DNA from: Alphaproteobacteria bacterium MarineAlpha5_Bin5
GTDB taxonomy: Bacteria; Pseudomonadota; Alphaproteobacteria; HIMB59; GCA-002718135
Assembly (NCBI GenBank): GCA_002938205.1
Contig: PTKZ01000008.1
Location: 1,081-65,080, forward strand
Reading direction: 5' to 3'
Length of the DNA stretch: 64,000 nt
Positions 20,501-31,658 of the stretch are shown in pieces. A program made the position numbers and the translations under genes. Positions within the stretch are counted from its first letter, which is position 1, and the number at the start of each line of letters is the position of its first letter. The notes beneath the pieces were generated by a model. It had not been told where the DNA came from, made no database searches, and saw only the letters and a program-made list of their open reading frames with translations.

Positions 20501-21864
20501 CAATTATATTTAGGCAGATAACTTCCATGTGCCTCAATCATTTCATCAACCATTTTATAAATTTCATCAATTGTAAGATTTGCTGCTGTTAATGGATCTA
20601 ATAGAGCTGCATGATAGATATGTTCTCTTTTTTTTGTGATAGCAGCTTCTGCAATTAAAATTTGAACATTAATATTTGTCCGCATTAAAGCTGCTAAGTG
20701 CTCAGGTAATTTGCCAAATTTTTGAGGATTATATCCATTAGTGTTAATAATACAAGGAACCTCCACACAACAATTAGAAGGCAAATTATCAATGTAACCT
20801 TTGTTCATAACATTTGCATTAATAGTAACTTCATTATTATTAACAATACCATCAATTATATAGGATGCATATTCATTGCTTCTTTTAAGAGGCTGATTGT
20901 AAATTGGTGTCATATCTTTTTCTAATTTTTCCCAAAGTTTAATGCTGATTTTACATCGATCAATATATTCCTCAATTGGTATTTTGTATTTGTCAATAAT
21001 GTCTTGCCTATTTTGTTTAATAAACCAAGGAACATATTCAGCAAAGTGTTCACTCGACTCTGTTACAAAATAACCAAAACGTCTTAAGATTTCATACCTT
21101 ACTTTCTCATGAAGTACTTTTTGAGAATAAGAAGTAGCCTCTTCACTTCTAGATGATAATTTTTCATCATTAACAATCTTATCTGCAAGATCTTTTAATC
21201 TTGGATATAAATCTTCATTTTTGCTTCCATTTATTTTTTTCTCAAATTTTTGATAAAAAGCCATATGATTAATTCCAACGCAAAGATAATCAATATCTTG
21301 AATGTTTTCACCCAAATCTTTTGCCAACATTTCAGCAGTACCCTGCACTGAATGACATAAACCAAGTGATTTAATCTCTGGAAAAGAATTATTTACAGCA
21401 ATCATATTTGCGCACATTGGATTGACGTATTGTAGCCAAATTGCATTAGGGCAAATTTCAAGAATGTCTTTTGATATATCAAGTAAAGCAGGTATAGTTC
21501 TCAGTCCTCTCATGATACCTCCAATACCAAGTGTATCAGCAATGGTTTGTTTTAAACCATATTTGCTTGGTATTTCAAAGTCTATTACTGTAGAGGGTTT
21601 GTACCCTCCAACCTGAATAGTTGTTTGTACAAAATCAGATCCAATCAATGAATCACGTCTGTTTGTATGGGAAGTAATTTTAGGTGATGCATTTAATTTG
21701 TCTGATATTACTTTTAATAATTCGTGAGATGCTTTTAGTCTTAAAGGATCAATGTCATGAAGTGCAATTTCCATATTTTTGAATACTTCTAAGGATAATA
21801 AATCTGTTACAATATTTTTTGTAAAAACTGCACTACCTGCACCAATTATTGTAAGCTTAGTCAT
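20500..21864 (-). CDS. Glycoside hydrolase family 4 (NAD+/Mn2+-dependent; MelA-like alpha-galactosidase / alpha-glucosidase)
   Basis: 454 aa. N-terminal Rossmann motif KLTIIGAGSAVFTKNIV resembles E. coli MelA ITFIGAGSTIFVKNIL. GLCHSVQG and GINHMAF motifs are typical of GH4. Confidence 0.85.
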   Translation of the reverse strand: MTKLTIIGAGSAVFTKNIVTDLLSLEVFKNMEIALHDIDPLRLKASHELLKVISDKLNASPKITSHTNRRDSLIGSDFVQTTIQVGGYKPSTVIDFEIPSKYGLKQTIADTLGIGGIMRGLRTIPALLDISKDILEICPNAIWLQYVNPMCANMIAVNNSFPEIKSLGLCHSVQGTAEMLAKDLGENIQDIDYLCVGINHMAFYQKFEKKINGSKNEDLYPRLKDLADKIVNDEKLSSRSEEATSYSQKVLHEKVRYEILRRFGYFVTESSEHFAEYVPWFIKQNRQDIIDKYKIPIEEYIDRCKISIKLWEKLEKDMTPIYNQPLKRSNEYASYIIDGIVNNNEVTINANVMNKGYIDNLPSNCCVEVPCIINTNGYNPQKFGKLPEHLAALMRTNINVQILIAEAAITKKREHIYHAALLDPLTAANLTIDEIYKMVDEMIEAHGSYLPKYN

Positions 21865-21880
21865 TAATAAGTTATCACAA

Positions 21881-22714
21881 TTATAATTTAATTGTTAAAA
21901 GATCTTTTCCAATAATTGGATTTTTGCCATAATCTTTTTTTACAATTTTTTTTAGATTTTTTTCATTAAAACTAGTTGGAACAAAGTGAGTTAAAACTAG
22001 TTTTTTACATCTTGAAATTTTAGCAATTTTTCCAACTATATATGAAGGTGTGTGATAGTCTTTTACATTATGGATTGTTTTAATTGATCTCATTTCAGAA
22101 AATTCAATTTTTTTCATTTCTTCATCAATATAAACTTCATGTAACAACACATCTGCTTTTTGTGCATATTTCATCAAATTATCACAAGGTCTTGTGTCGC
22201 CACTTATTGTTAATTTTTTATTTTTATTAAAAAAATTAAAACCAAAAGCATATTTAACCGGCTTATGATCAACTTCAAAATATTGGATTTTAATATCTTT
22301 TATTTTTATGTTTCCAAAATTTTTAAACTCTTTAACTTTTACATTAAATGCTTGAATTGAGGATCTTAATTCATATTTTATTCTTTGATTTCTTTCATCT
22401 TGCCATGCATGCATGATTTTTTTTACAAATTTTTTTGTACCAACTGGACCATAAATAATCCATGGTTTGACTCGATAAGAATGCCAAGAAGAGATTATTA
22501 GTTGGTACAAATCAACTACATGGTCTGAGTGAAGATGGGTTAAAAATAATGCATCAATTGTAGCAGTTGAAATTTTAATTTCTTCAAGACGTTGAGTAAT
22601 ACCTGATCCGCAATCAACTAATATTTTTGTTTTTTTAGTAGAAATTAAATTCGAAGGACCAAAGCGTCTATGATCAACTTTTGGACAACCAGTTCCTAGA
22701 AGCGTCAGCTTCAT
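21881..22714 (-). CDS. MBL-fold metallo-hydrolase (RNase Z/BN-like)
   Basis: 277 aa. HLHSDH metal-binding motif and a C-terminal THF segment. The start is TAATG-coupled to the rpoD stop. Confidence 0.7.
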   Translation of the reverse strand: MKLTLLGTGCPKVDHRRFGPSNLISTKKTKILVDCGSGITQRLEEIKISTATIDALFLTHLHSDHVVDLYQLIISSWHSYRVKPWIIYGPVGTKKFVKKIMHAWQDERNQRIKYELRSSIQAFNVKVKEFKNFGNIKIKDIKIQYFEVDHKPVKYAFGFNFFNKNKKLTISGDTRPCDNLMKYAQKADVLLHEVYIDEEMKKIEFSEMRSIKTIHNVKDYHTPSYIVGKIAKISRCKKLVLTHFVPTSFNEKNLKKIVKKDYGKNPIIGKDLLTIKL

Positions 22715-24891
22715 TACTCATCCAAAAAAGTTTTTAACTTTCTTGCTCTAGTTGGATGTTTTAACTTACGAAGTGCTTTTGCCTCTATTTGTCTAATTCT
22801 TTCTCTAGTAACACTAAACTGTTGACCTACTTCCTCCAAAGTATGGTCACTATTCATACCAATACCAAATCGCATTCTTAATACCCTCTCCTCTCTAGGA
22901 GTAAGAGATGAGAGAATACGCGTAGTTGTATCTCTAAGAGAACTTTTAACAGCAGCGTCAATAGGCACTAAAGCATTCTTATCTTCAATGAAATCACCTA
23001 GTGAACTATCTTCCTCATCACCTACAGGTGTTTCTAAGCTAATTGGTTCTTTTGCAATTTTGAGAACTTTTTTTACTTTATCCAATGGCATATGCAATCT
23101 TTCAGCTAGTTCATTTGGAGTGGGCTCTCTTCCTATTTCAGCCATAATTTGACGTGTTGTACGAACAATTTTATTTATTGTTTCAATCATATGAACTGGT
23201 ATTCTAATTGTTCTAGCCTGATCAGCAATAGATCGAGTTATAGCTTGTCTAATCCACCAAGTTGCATAAGTGGAAAATTTATAACCTCTTCTGTATTCAA
23301 ATTTATCTACAGCTTTCATTAAACCAATGTTTCCCTCTTGAATTAAATCAAGGAATTGCAAACCTCGATTTGTATATTTTTTAGCTATTGAAATAACTAA
23401 TCTTAAGTTTGATTCTATCATTTCTTTTTTAGCTCTATTTGCTGATCTTTCTCCCTGCTGTACAGTACCTACTATACGTCTAAATTCTACTAGTGGTAAT
23501 TCGGAGGCAACTTGTATTTCTTTTATTTCTTCAATCAATTTATTAATTTCAATATGGTTTTTATTAATAAATTTTTCCCAATTTTTATCTTTAAGAGATA
23601 GTAATGTTTGTATCCAATTTTTTTCAAAATTAAAATTTAGATAATGTTCTATAAAAGATTCTCTTTTAACGCCTTCATTCATTGCAATTCTAAGCATTCT
23701 TCCCTCTCGAACTAATAACTTTTTATTTAATTCGTATAATGATTCCATTAAAGCTTCGATGGTTGTAGAATTAAAATGAACTTCTTTCATCGCGGCAACC
23801 ATTTCTTTTTGAATTTTTTTATATTTTTTTTCAATATTCAAATAGTTGGTATCGTTTTTTTTGTTGGTGTTAATTAAATCTTGACTATGTTTTTGTAACT
23901 TTTTGAAAAGTTTTGTTATTTCATCAAAATCTTTTAAAACCTTAGGTTTGAGTTTTTCTTCTAAAGCAGCTAAAGATACATTCAAATTATCATCGTCGTC
24001 GTCAGAATTTTGATTTTCTTCTTCATCACTTTTTTTATCTTCAGATGATTCTTTTTCTACCTTGCTACTATCTTTTTGCTTAACAGATCCTTCAATAATT
24101 TGAAATGTTTCATCAATTTTTGATTCACTAATATCTGACATATCATAAGTTGCTTCCAAATCTACAATATCTCTCAATAACATAGTTCCTTCTTTTATTG
24201 ATTCTTTCCAATTAATTATTGAACGTATTGTCATTGGACTTTCACAAATTGCTCCAATCATTTTTTCTCTGCCTGCTTCAATTCTTTTAGCAATTGCTAT
24301 TTCACCTTCTCTACTTAGGAGTTCAACAGCCCCCATATCACGAAGATATAAACGAACAGGATCATCTGTTTTCCCGGTTTGTTTTTTTCCTTCTTCACCA
24401 CTTTCATCATCAGATTTTTTCTTATCTTCTTTTGCTGCCTTAATTAATGCTGATGCTTCCTCTTCAGAAATTATTGAAATACCAGTTGTTTTAAAAACTT
24501 TTGTAATTTTTTCTACATTTTCATTATTCCTAAATTTTTTAGGTACTGCTTTCTCAATAATTTTTGGCGTATATATTCCATCAATTTTATGTTTATTAAG
24601 CAATTTTGCTATTATATCTTCAATATAATTATCAAATATTATTTGTTTTTTTATTTTTTTTGTTTTTTTTATTTTTTTTGTTTTTTTTGTTTTTCTATGA
24701 GTGATATTTTTATTTTTGGTATTTTTTTTGTTATCAATTTTTTTTAAATTTTTCTTTTTAGATTTTTTAGATAATGCCTTATTTTTTTTTGATTTATTTT
24801 TTACTATAATTGATTTTTTCTTAACAGTTTTTTTTGCATTTGCTTTTCTTTTGATTGTTTTTTTCTTTAATATTTGTTTTTTTTTAGCCAT
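22714..24891 (-). CDS. rpoD: RNA polymerase primary sigma factor RpoD (sigma-70) with a lysine-rich N-terminal tail
   Basis: Region 2-4 signatures: [53 protein letters not shown] and [25 protein letters not shown] prefer the start MAKKKQ at 24891, one nt after the dnaG stop. The track start at 24975 would overlap dnaG by 83 nt. Confidence 0.93.
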   Translation of the reverse strand: MAKKKQILKKKTIKRKANAKKTVKKKSIIVKNKSKKNKALSKKSKKKNLKKIDNKKNTKNKNITHRKTKKTKKIKKTKKIKKQIIFDNYIEDIIAKLLNKHKIDGIYTPKIIEKAVPKKFRNNENVEKITKVFKTTGISIISEEEASALIKAAKEDKKKSDDESGEEGKKQTGKTDDPVRLYLRDMGAVELLSREGEIAIAKRIEAGREKMIGAICESPMTIRSIINWKESIKEGTMLLRDIVDLEATYDMSDISESKIDETFQIIEGSVKQKDSSKVEKESSEDKKSDEEENQNSDDDDDNLNVSLAALEEKLKPKVLKDFDEITKLFKKLQKHSQDLINTNKKNDTNYLNIEKKYKKIQKEMVAAMKEVHFNSTTIEALMESLYELNKKLLVREGRMLRIAMNEGVKRESFIEHYLNFNFEKNWIQTLLSLKDKNWEKFINKNHIEINKLIEEIKEIQVASELPLVEFRRIVGTVQQGERSANRAKKEMIESNLRLVISIAKKYTNRGLQFLDLIQEGNIGLMKAVDKFEYRRGYKFSTYATWWIRQAITRSIADQARTIRIPVHMIETINKIVRTTRQIMAEIGREPTPNELAERLHMPLDKVKKVLKIAKEPISLETPVGDEEDSSLGDFIEDKNALVPIDAAVKSSLRDTTTRILSSLTPREERVLRMRFGIGMNSDHTLEEVGQQFSVTRERIRQIEAKALRKLKHPTRARKLKTFLDE
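24643..24891 (-). repeat. Low-complexity lysine-codon tract encoding the RpoD N-terminal tail
   Basis: On the + strand the region is near-continuous T-runs broken by single G/C/A. It translates to [25 protein letters not shown]...[16 protein letters not shown], including an imperfect KKTKKIKK duplication. Confidence 0.8.
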
Positions 24892-24892
24892 T

Positions 24893-26638
24893 TTAAATAT
24901 CGCTTTTATTGTTTTGAATTTCCATACCAATTCTCTGAAGTTCCTCCCAATTAAGAGAACTAATCTCACTTTCAAAGTTATTTAGGCTTTTATTTATTTT
25001 TTTCAAATTTGAAAGCCTTGTATTAAGATTTTTTATAGATTCTTTTGCTTCAACAAGTGCATTTTGGGGATCAAATTTAGGGCTTGAATATGGGAATAAT
25101 TGATAAATACCCTTATCAATTATACTTTCAATTATTTCGCTATACTGCGATTGGCTGAAAATTTCCAATAAGTCATCTGATTTTTTTTCTATATATTCTG
25201 GTTTTTTTAGTAATTTTAAAATACGATTATGATCTTCACTTAGAAAAAAAGAATTTTCAAGACTAGCTAATAACTCGGTTCTAATTTCAATATGATTAAT
25301 TAATGTTGCTAAAAAAGAAAAAATTTGTTTTTGTTTTAATACGTTAAGATCAGTTGCCAAGTTTAATCCAATCGATTTATTAGTTTTTTGTTTTAATTTT
25401 TTAAAAAATAAAGTTTTAAATTCGCTTTTATAAAAATACTGAATTTTTTTATTCTTAACAGTTCCTACTAAATCATCAAGATATTTATCATATGAAATTT
25501 TTTGCTCTGCGTTATTTAATTGAATTGCTTTACTAGATTCATTAAATATAAAATTTACAAGTGTTATTGGATTTCTTAACAAATTGATCATACTTTTAGA
25601 ACCATGTAAATTTAAATAACTGTCAGGATCTAAATTCATTGGCAACTTAATAAATTGCAAAAATTTATCTGGAATTAAATGAGGTAAAGACATAATTGCT
25701 GCTTTATAAGAAGCTTTAATACCTGCATTATCCCCATCAAACATAATTGTTGGCTTATCTACATATCTCCATGATAATAAAAGTTGATCTTCAGTAAAAG
25801 AAGTTCCTAGAGGAGCAACTACACTTTTAATTCCTTTTTGATATAAAGATATTACATCCATATAACCTTCACAAACTAATAAATTTTTTTTCTGTCTCGC
25901 AATTTTCTTTGCCTCTTGTAAATTATAAAGTAAATTTCTTTTTCTAAAAAAATTACTTTCTGGAGAATTGATATACTTTGGCTTAGAATTATCTAAAGCT
26001 CTAGCACCAAATCCTACAACTCTATCTTGTAAATTAGTTATAGGAAATATTAATCTTTTGTAAAAAAAATCTTTTATTTTTTTATTTTTATCAATTTTTA
26101 CAACATTACTTTTTATAATTTCATCATCTTGTAAAGAATTACTTTTTAAATAATCATATAATGAAGTTTTAGCATTATAAGAATAACCCAAGCGAAAAGT
26201 ATTTATAGTATCTTCACTAAGTGATCTTTTTATCAAATATTTTTTACATTCGTTACCTTCAACCTTTAAATTTTCTTGAAACCATTGGGTTGATAGTTCT
26301 AATATTTTATAAACATTATCTTGCTGAGGTGAGTATTCTTTATTCTCAAAATTAATTTGAATACCAGCTTTTTGTGCCAACTCCTTAACTGCGTCTAAAA
26401 AAGTATAATTGAATAAATCAGTATATAATGAAAATATATCACCCTTTGCACCGCAACCAAAACAATAATATGATCCAATATCGTTATTTATTTTACAGGA
26501 AGCTGTCTTTTCTTTGTGAAAAAGGCAACAACACCAAAAATCTTTACCTTTTTTAATAATTTTAGTTTTCTTTTCTATTTCTGTTGATAGTTGAATTTTA
26601 GACTTTATAGCCTCGAGATCATGTTTAGTAAAAGCCAT
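24893..26638 (-). CDS. dnaG: DNA primase DnaG
   Basis: 581 aa. Zinc-ribbon [14 protein letters not shown]...[11 protein letters not shown] and [18 protein letters not shown]...FDGDNAG. Confidence 0.93.
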   Translation of the reverse strand: MAFTKHDLEAIKSKIQLSTEIEKKTKIIKKGKDFWCCCLFHKEKTASCKINNDIGSYYCFGCGAKGDIFSLYTDLFNYTFLDAVKELAQKAGIQINFENKEYSPQQDNVYKILELSTQWFQENLKVEGNECKKYLIKRSLSEDTINTFRLGYSYNAKTSLYDYLKSNSLQDDEIIKSNVVKIDKNKKIKDFFYKRLIFPITNLQDRVVGFGARALDNSKPKYINSPESNFFRKRNLLYNLQEAKKIARQKKNLLVCEGYMDVISLYQKGIKSVVAPLGTSFTEDQLLLSWRYVDKPTIMFDGDNAGIKASYKAAIMSLPHLIPDKFLQFIKLPMNLDPDSYLNLHGSKSMINLLRNPITLVNFIFNESSKAIQLNNAEQKISYDKYLDDLVGTVKNKKIQYFYKSEFKTLFFKKLKQKTNKSIGLNLATDLNVLKQKQIFSFLATLINHIEIRTELLASLENSFFLSEDHNRILKLLKKPEYIEKKSDDLLEIFSQSQYSEIIESIIDKGIYQLFPYSSPKFDPQNALVEAKESIKNLNTRLSNLKKINKSLNNFESEISSLNWEELQRIGMEIQNNKSDI

Positions 26639-27099
26639 TAATCCCCTAGTTTTAATTTTGCAACTTTACCAACTAAACCCATATCAATTTCTCCGGAATA
26701 CTTGTTTTTCATAATACCCATTAATTTACCCATATCTTTTATTGAACTCAAATTATTAGATCTAATTAAATCTTCAATTATTAAACTAATTTCTTCTTCG
26801 TTTTTTTGTTCAGGTAAATAAATTTTAATTATTTCTATTTCTGCTTCCTCGTTTTCAATTAAATCTTGTCTGTTAGCAGTTTTAAAAGATTCTATTGAAT
26901 CCTTACGTTGCTTTACAAGATTTTGCAAAAGACCTAAGATTTCTTGATCGGAAATACCATTATTATTTCCAGTTGAACGAGCAACAATATCTTTGTCCTT
27001 TATAGCGCTTTTAATTAATCTCAATGTATTAGTAATATCTGATTTTTTGTCTCTAATTGATTGTTGATAATTTTTTTCTATGTCACTTCTTATGCTCAT
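26638..27099 (-). CDS. GatB/YqeY domain-containing protein
   Basis: 153 aa. Typical YqeY layout (AIKDKDI...QRKDSIE...LPEQ...). Conserved position upstream of dnaG, with a TAATG junction. Confidence 0.8.
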   Translation of the reverse strand: MSIRSDIEKNYQQSIRDKKSDITNTLRLIKSAIKDKDIVARSTGNNNGISDQEILGLLQNLVKQRKDSIESFKTANRQDLIENEEAEIEIIKIYLPEQKNEEEISLIIEDLIRSNNLSSIKDMGKLMGIMKNKYSGEIDMGLVGKVAKLKLGD

Positions 27100-27176
27100 A
27101 AACTATATCCCCTTAGAATCGAATTTATATACTACAGATCACTAATATAACTGTTACTAATATTTTCAACTAATCC

Positions 27177-27205
27177 TTGACTAAGGTTTTTAAAATGCCT
27201 ACTAA
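27177..27205 (+). promoter_or_regulatory. Candidate sigma-70 promoter for carAB
   Basis: TTGACT (27177-27182), a 17-nt spacer, then TACTAA (27200-27205), about 24 nt upstream of the carA ATG. This is a pattern match only. Confidence 0.3.
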
Positions 27206-27228
27206 ACCCTCATTTTGCTTCACATAAA

Positions 27229-28395
27229 ATGCTGAATGAGTCTAATAAAACCTCACACCTACGTCAACCTTCAGCTGCTTTAATTTTAGAGAATGGAGAG
27301 ATTTTATGGGGACAGGGTTTAGGCCCTAAAAAATCAGCAATAGCTGAACTTTGTTTCAATACTTCTCAAACTGGATACCAAGAAACCTTAACTGATCCTT
27401 CCTATGCAAAACAAATTATAACATTCACTTTTCCACACATTGGCATTGTAGGTACAAACTCAAATGATTTGGAGTCTAAAAAAATTTATGCAGAAGGATG
27501 CATAATTAATCAAAGATTGTCAGCTTTTTCAAGTTGGCGCGGAGAAAAAAGTTTGGACTTTTTTTTTAATGAAAAACAAATTCCATGTATATACAATCTT
27601 GATACACGATATTTAACTAAAAAACTTGCAAAAGAAGGGGCGATAAAAGCTGCAATAGTTCACTTTGGTACCGATAAAAGTAAATTAAAATCTTTAAAAA
27701 ATCAAGTTACAAACTGGCAAGGATTAGAAAATCTAGATTTAGCTTCATTAGTTTCAACAAAAAATGAATATGAATGGAATGAAAATATTTGGCAATCTAG
27801 TAAAAACTTAAAAAGCAATTACAAAGAATATCCTATTGTGTGTATTGATTTTGGAATTAAGCATAATATTCTTAGAAGTTTAAGAAATTATAATTTTAAA
27901 CCTACAGTTTTGAATTCATCTTGTTCAATTGATGAGATAATGAAAAAAAAACCAAAAGGTATATTTTTATCAAATGGACCTGGAGATCCTTACGCCACTT
28001 GTGAAATAGTGCTCTCAACAATTAGAGATCTTATAAAATTAAAAATTCCAATTTTTGGAATTTGTCTAGGACATCAAATTTTAAGCATTGCGTTTAATGC
28101 TAAGACTAAGAAAATGTTTCAAGGTCATAGAGGTGCAAATCATCCTGTCAAAAATATAATAAATAGTAAAGTTGAAATCACTTCTCAAAATCATGGTTTT
28201 GAAGTTGATAGAAATTCTTTTTCTGATCAAATTATTGAAACTCACATTTCCTTGTTTGATGGATCCAATGAAGGTATTAAACATAAATTTCTACCTATTT
28301 TTAGCGTTCAGTATCATCCAGAATCTAGTCCAGGCCCTCATGATAGCAAATATCTTTTTGATGATTTTTATTATTTGATTAACAAATATGCCTAA
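27229..28395 (+). CDS. carA: Carbamoyl-phosphate synthase small (glutaminase) subunit
   Basis: 388 aa. Class-I amidotransferase triad region GICLGHQ and the YHPE motif. Overlaps carB by 8 nt. Confidence 0.95.
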   Translation: MLNESNKTSHLRQPSAALILENGEILWGQGLGPKKSAIAELCFNTSQTGYQETLTDPSYAKQIITFTFPHIGIVGTNSNDLESKKIYAEGCIINQRLSAFSSWRGEKSLDFFFNEKQIPCIYNLDTRYLTKKLAKEGAIKAAIVHFGTDKSKLKSLKNQVTNWQGLENLDLASLVSTKNEYEWNENIWQSSKNLKSNYKEYPIVCIDFGIKHNILRSLRNYNFKPTVLNSSCSIDEIMKKKPKGIFLSNGPGDPYATCEIVLSTIRDLIKLKIPIFGICLGHQILSIAFNAKTKKMFQGHRGANHPVKNIINSKVEITSQNHGFEVDRNSFSDQIIETHISLFDGSNEGIKHKFLPIFSVQYHPESSPGPHDSKYLFDDFYYLINKYA

Positions 28396-31300
28396 AAGAA
28401 CTGATATAAATAAAATATTAGTTATTGGAGCTGGGCCTATAGTTATTGGACAAGCATGTGAGTTTGATTATTCTGGGGCTCAAGCATGTAAATCACTAAG
28501 AGATGAAGGTTACGATGTTGTTTTAATCAATTCTAATCCAGCAACAATTATGACTGATCCTGAATTAGCTAATCAAACTTACATTGAACCAATTACTAAA
28601 AATTTTGTAGAGGAAATAATAAAAATAGAAAAACCAGATGCCTTACTTCCTACAATGGGTGGGCAAACAGCTTTAAATGTTTCAATTGAATTATTTAATT
28701 CAGGAGTATTGGCAAAATATAAAGTACAAATGATTGGAGCTAACCCCGAAGCAATTGAGCTCGCAGAAGATAGGCAAAAATTTAAAGATGCAATGAGAGA
28801 AATTGGATTAATTTGTCCTAAAAGTATCATTGTTAAAAATATTCATGATGCAAAAACAATAAAAAATAACCTGAAACTTCCTTTAGTTATTAGGCCTAGT
28901 TTTACGCTTGGTGGAACTGGAGGGGGAGTTGCGTATACTGAATCAGAATTTGAAGAAATGACAAAAAGAGGTCTAAGTGCCAGTCCTACAAGTCAAATAC
29001 TAATTGAAAAATCAGTTGCAGGTTGGAAAGAATTTGAAATGGAAGTAGTAAGAGACAGTAAAGATAATTGTATTATTGTTTGTTCAATAGAAAATGTTGA
29101 TCCAATGGGGGTTCATACTGGAGACAGTATCACTGTTGCACCAGCCTTAACATTAACTGATAAAGAATATCAATCACTTAGAAATGCAAGTATCAAAGTG
29201 TTAAGAAAGATTGGGGTAGACACAGGTGGTTCAAATGTTCAATTCGCGATTAATCCAAAAAATGGAGAAATCAATGTAATAGAAATGAATCCAAGAGTCA
29301 GCAGATCTTCTGCCTTAGCTTCAAAAGCAACTGGATTCCCTATTGCTAAAATTGCAGCTAAACTTGCAGTTGGCTACTCTTTAGATGAGTTAAAAAATGA
29401 TATAACACAAACAACGCCAGCAAGTTTTGAACCAACAATAGATTATGTGGTAACTAAAATACCAAGATTTACATTTGAAAAATTTTCAGGAGCTGATTCG
29501 AATTTAACAACATCGATGAAATCTGTTGGGGAAACAATGAGTATTGGCAGATCTTTTGTTGAATCTCTTCAAAAAGGTTTTAGTTCGCTTGAATATGATC
29601 TAGACGGATTAGATATTCCAAAAAATATTAAATTGTCAAAAGAAAATATTGTTGATGAACTAAGAAAACAATCATCGCAAAGATTACTAATAATTGGACA
29701 AGCACTCCGTTTAGGGAAATCTATTAAAGAAATTAATAATATTACTAATTATGATCCATGGTTTATTAATCAACTTGATTTAATAATCAATATTGAAAAT
29801 CTTTTATCTGAAAAATTATTAAGTCCAGAGCTATTATTGTATGCAAAAAAACATGGTTTTAGTGATAAAAAAATTGCAAATTTATCTGGAAAATCAGAAA
29901 AGGCAATAAGAAGTATAAGAAATAAAAAAAATATTAAACCTGTATTCAGATTGGTTGATACTTGTGCTGGAGAATTTGAATCTGAAACACCATACCTTTA
30001 TTCTTCTTATGATTGGAATTTTGAAAACAAACCTTACTGTGAAGCAAATCCTTCAAATAAAGACAAAGTTATTATTTTGGGTGGTGGTCCTAACAGAATA
30101 GGTCAAGGAATTGAATTTGATTATTGTTGTGTACATGCTGTTTATGCTTTGAAAGAAAAGGGTATTGAAACTATTATGATCAATTGTAATCCAGAAACTG
30201 TTTCAACAGATTATGATACAGCTGATAGATTATATTTTGAGCCACTTACAGCAGAAAGTGTTATTGAAATTTACAATAAAGAATCAGAAAGCGGTAATGT
30301 TCTTGGAGTTTATGTGCAGTTTGGTGGACAAACTCCATTGAAAATCGCAAAAGAGATAGAAGATGCTGGTTTAAAAATTTTAGGTACAGCTACTGAGGCA
30401 ATCGATTTAGCTGAAGACAGAGATAGATTTAGTTTATCTCTTAATGAACTAAAAATTACTCAACCTCTTAACGGATTTGCTAATTCTACAGACACAACAT
30501 TAGAAATAGCAAAAAAAATTGGGTATCCGATATTGGTTAGACCTTCGTATGTTCTGGGTGGAAGAGCAATGGAAATTGCGTATAATGAAGAACAACTTAA
30601 AACATTTGCTAAAAAAGCAATGGAAGCATCCTCTAATAATATTATACTAGTTGATCAATATTTAGAAAATGCGATTGAGATTGACGTTGATCTAATTCGG
30701 GATTCCTCTGGTTATATTTTTATTGCTGGTATAATGGAACACATAGAGGAGGCAGGAATTCATTCTGGAGATAGTGCTTGTTCATTGCCACCATTTTCTA
30801 TTGATAAATCAATACAAGAAAAAATTAAACATTGGGTTAGCAAAATTGCAAATAAGATAAATGTAGTTGGCTTAATGAATACTCAGTTAGCAGTAAAAAA
30901 TGATAAAATTTATGTTCTAGAAGTCAATCCAAGAGCTAGTAGAACTGTACCATTCGTTGCAAAAGCTACAGGAATACCAATTGCTAAAATTGCTGCAAAA
31001 GTAATGTTAGGTGATTTATTAAAAGATTTATTATCTAGATTTAAATTTAATAAATTAAAAACATTTAATGTAAAAGAGTCAGTATTTCCATTTAATAAAT
31101 TTGATGGTGTTGATCTAATTTTAGGTCCTGAAATGAAATCTACAGGAGAAGTAATGGGTATTGATATTACTTTTTTGTCAGCATATATAAAAAGTCAAAT
31201 TGCTGCGGGCAATATTTTACCAGAAAAAGGAAAGGTTTTTATCTCTATAGACAATGATAACAAAATTAATATTCCATCAATTGCAAAAAAATTAAAGCAA

Positions 31301-31618
31301 TTAAATTTTAAATTAGTTGCTACAAAAGGTACGGCTAAATTCTTAGCTAGTAAAAATATACATGTAGATACTATTAATAAGGTAAAAGAAGGAGATCCGC
31401 ATATTGTTGATGCAATAAAAAATAAAAAAATTGATTTAGTAATTAATACAACAAAAACACAAGGATCAATAAGAGATAGTTACAGTATAAGACGAACCTC
31501 TTTAATGTATAATGTTCCTTATTATACAACAATAGCTGGTGCAAAAGTGGCAGTTGATGCTATAGAACACTTAAAAAAACATGAACTTAAAGTTAAAAGT
31601 TTACAATCTATAAATTAA
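28388..31618 (+). CDS. carB: Carbamoyl-phosphate synthase large subunit
   Basis: 1076 aa with two ATP-grasp halves: [21 protein letters not shown] and [21 protein letters not shown]-terminal MGS-like domain. Confidence 0.97.
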   Translation: MPKRTDINKILVIGAGPIVIGQACEFDYSGAQACKSLRDEGYDVVLINSNPATIMTDPELANQTYIEPITKNFVEEIIKIEKPDALLPTMGGQTALNVSIELFNSGVLAKYKVQMIGANPEAIELAEDRQKFKDAMREIGLICPKSIIVKNIHDAKTIKNNLKLPLVIRPSFTLGGTGGGVAYTESEFEEMTKRGLSASPTSQILIEKSVAGWKEFEMEVVRDSKDNCIIVCSIENVDPMGVHTGDSITVAPALTLTDKEYQSLRNASIKVLRKIGVDTGGSNVQFAINPKNGEINVIEMNPRVSRSSALASKATGFPIAKIAAKLAVGYSLDELKNDITQTTPASFEPTIDYVVTKIPRFTFEKFSGADSNLTTSMKSVGETMSIGRSFVESLQKGFSSLEYDLDGLDIPKNIKLSKENIVDELRKQSSQRLLIIGQALRLGKSIKEINNITNYDPWFINQLDLIINIENLLSEKLLSPELLLYAKKHGFSDKKIANLSGKSEKAIRSIRNKKNIKPVFRLVDTCAGEFESETPYLYSSYDWNFENKPYCEANPSNKDKVIILGGGPNRIGQGIEFDYCCVHAVYALKEKGIETIMINCNPETVSTDYDTADRLYFEPLTAESVIEIYNKESESGNVLGVYVQFGGQTPLKIAKEIEDAGLKILGTATEAIDLAEDRDRFSLSLNELKITQPLNGFANSTDTTLEIAKKIGYPILVRPSYVLGGRAMEIAYNEEQLKTFAKKAMEASSNNIILVDQYLENAIEIDVDLIRDSSGYIFIAGIMEHIEEAGIHSGDSACSLPPFSIDKSIQEKIKHWVSKIANKINVVGLMNTQLAVKNDKIYVLEVNPRASRTVPFVAKATGIPIAKIAAKVMLGDLLKDLLSRFKFNKLKTFNVKESVFPFNKFDGVDLILGPEMKSTGEVMGIDITFLSAYIKSQIAAGNILPEKGKVFISIDNDNKINIPSIAKKLKQLNFKLVATKGTAKFLASKNIHVDTINKVKEGDPHIVDAIKNKKIDLVINTTKTQGSIRDSYSIRRTSLMYNVPYYTTIAGAKVAVDAIEHLKKHELKVKSLQSIN

Positions 31619-31658
31619 AATTGTTGACTTCAAAAAATAAATAAAACATCATAACTTT

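Noticed and set aside
10641-21864. Apparently higher GC in the mlaA-to-GH4 block (about 35-45% in the lines I hand-sampled), considered as a sign of a horizontally acquired island
   Set aside because: Equally high local GC appears in conserved core genes such as carB, at about 45% in a sampled line. The signal therefore tracks protein conservation and membrane-protein composition rather than foreign origin. There is no integrase, direct repeat or tRNA-fragment duplication to support an island.
24643-24891. The poly-A/T-rich tract considered as a tandem-repeat contingency (phase-variation) locus
   Set aside because: There is no exact repeat unit. It has only an imperfect 24-nt duplication and interrupted homopolymers, and it lies inside an essential gene, which makes on/off switching implausible. 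Length polymorphism remains possible.
24892-24975. Upstream extension of rpoD (track start [13 protein letters not shown]...)
   Set aside because: It would overlap the 3' end of dnaG by 83 nt. The internal ATG at 24891 sits one nt after the dnaG stop and begins the lysine-rich tail, so I prefer the shorter model. The choice is not experimentally certain.
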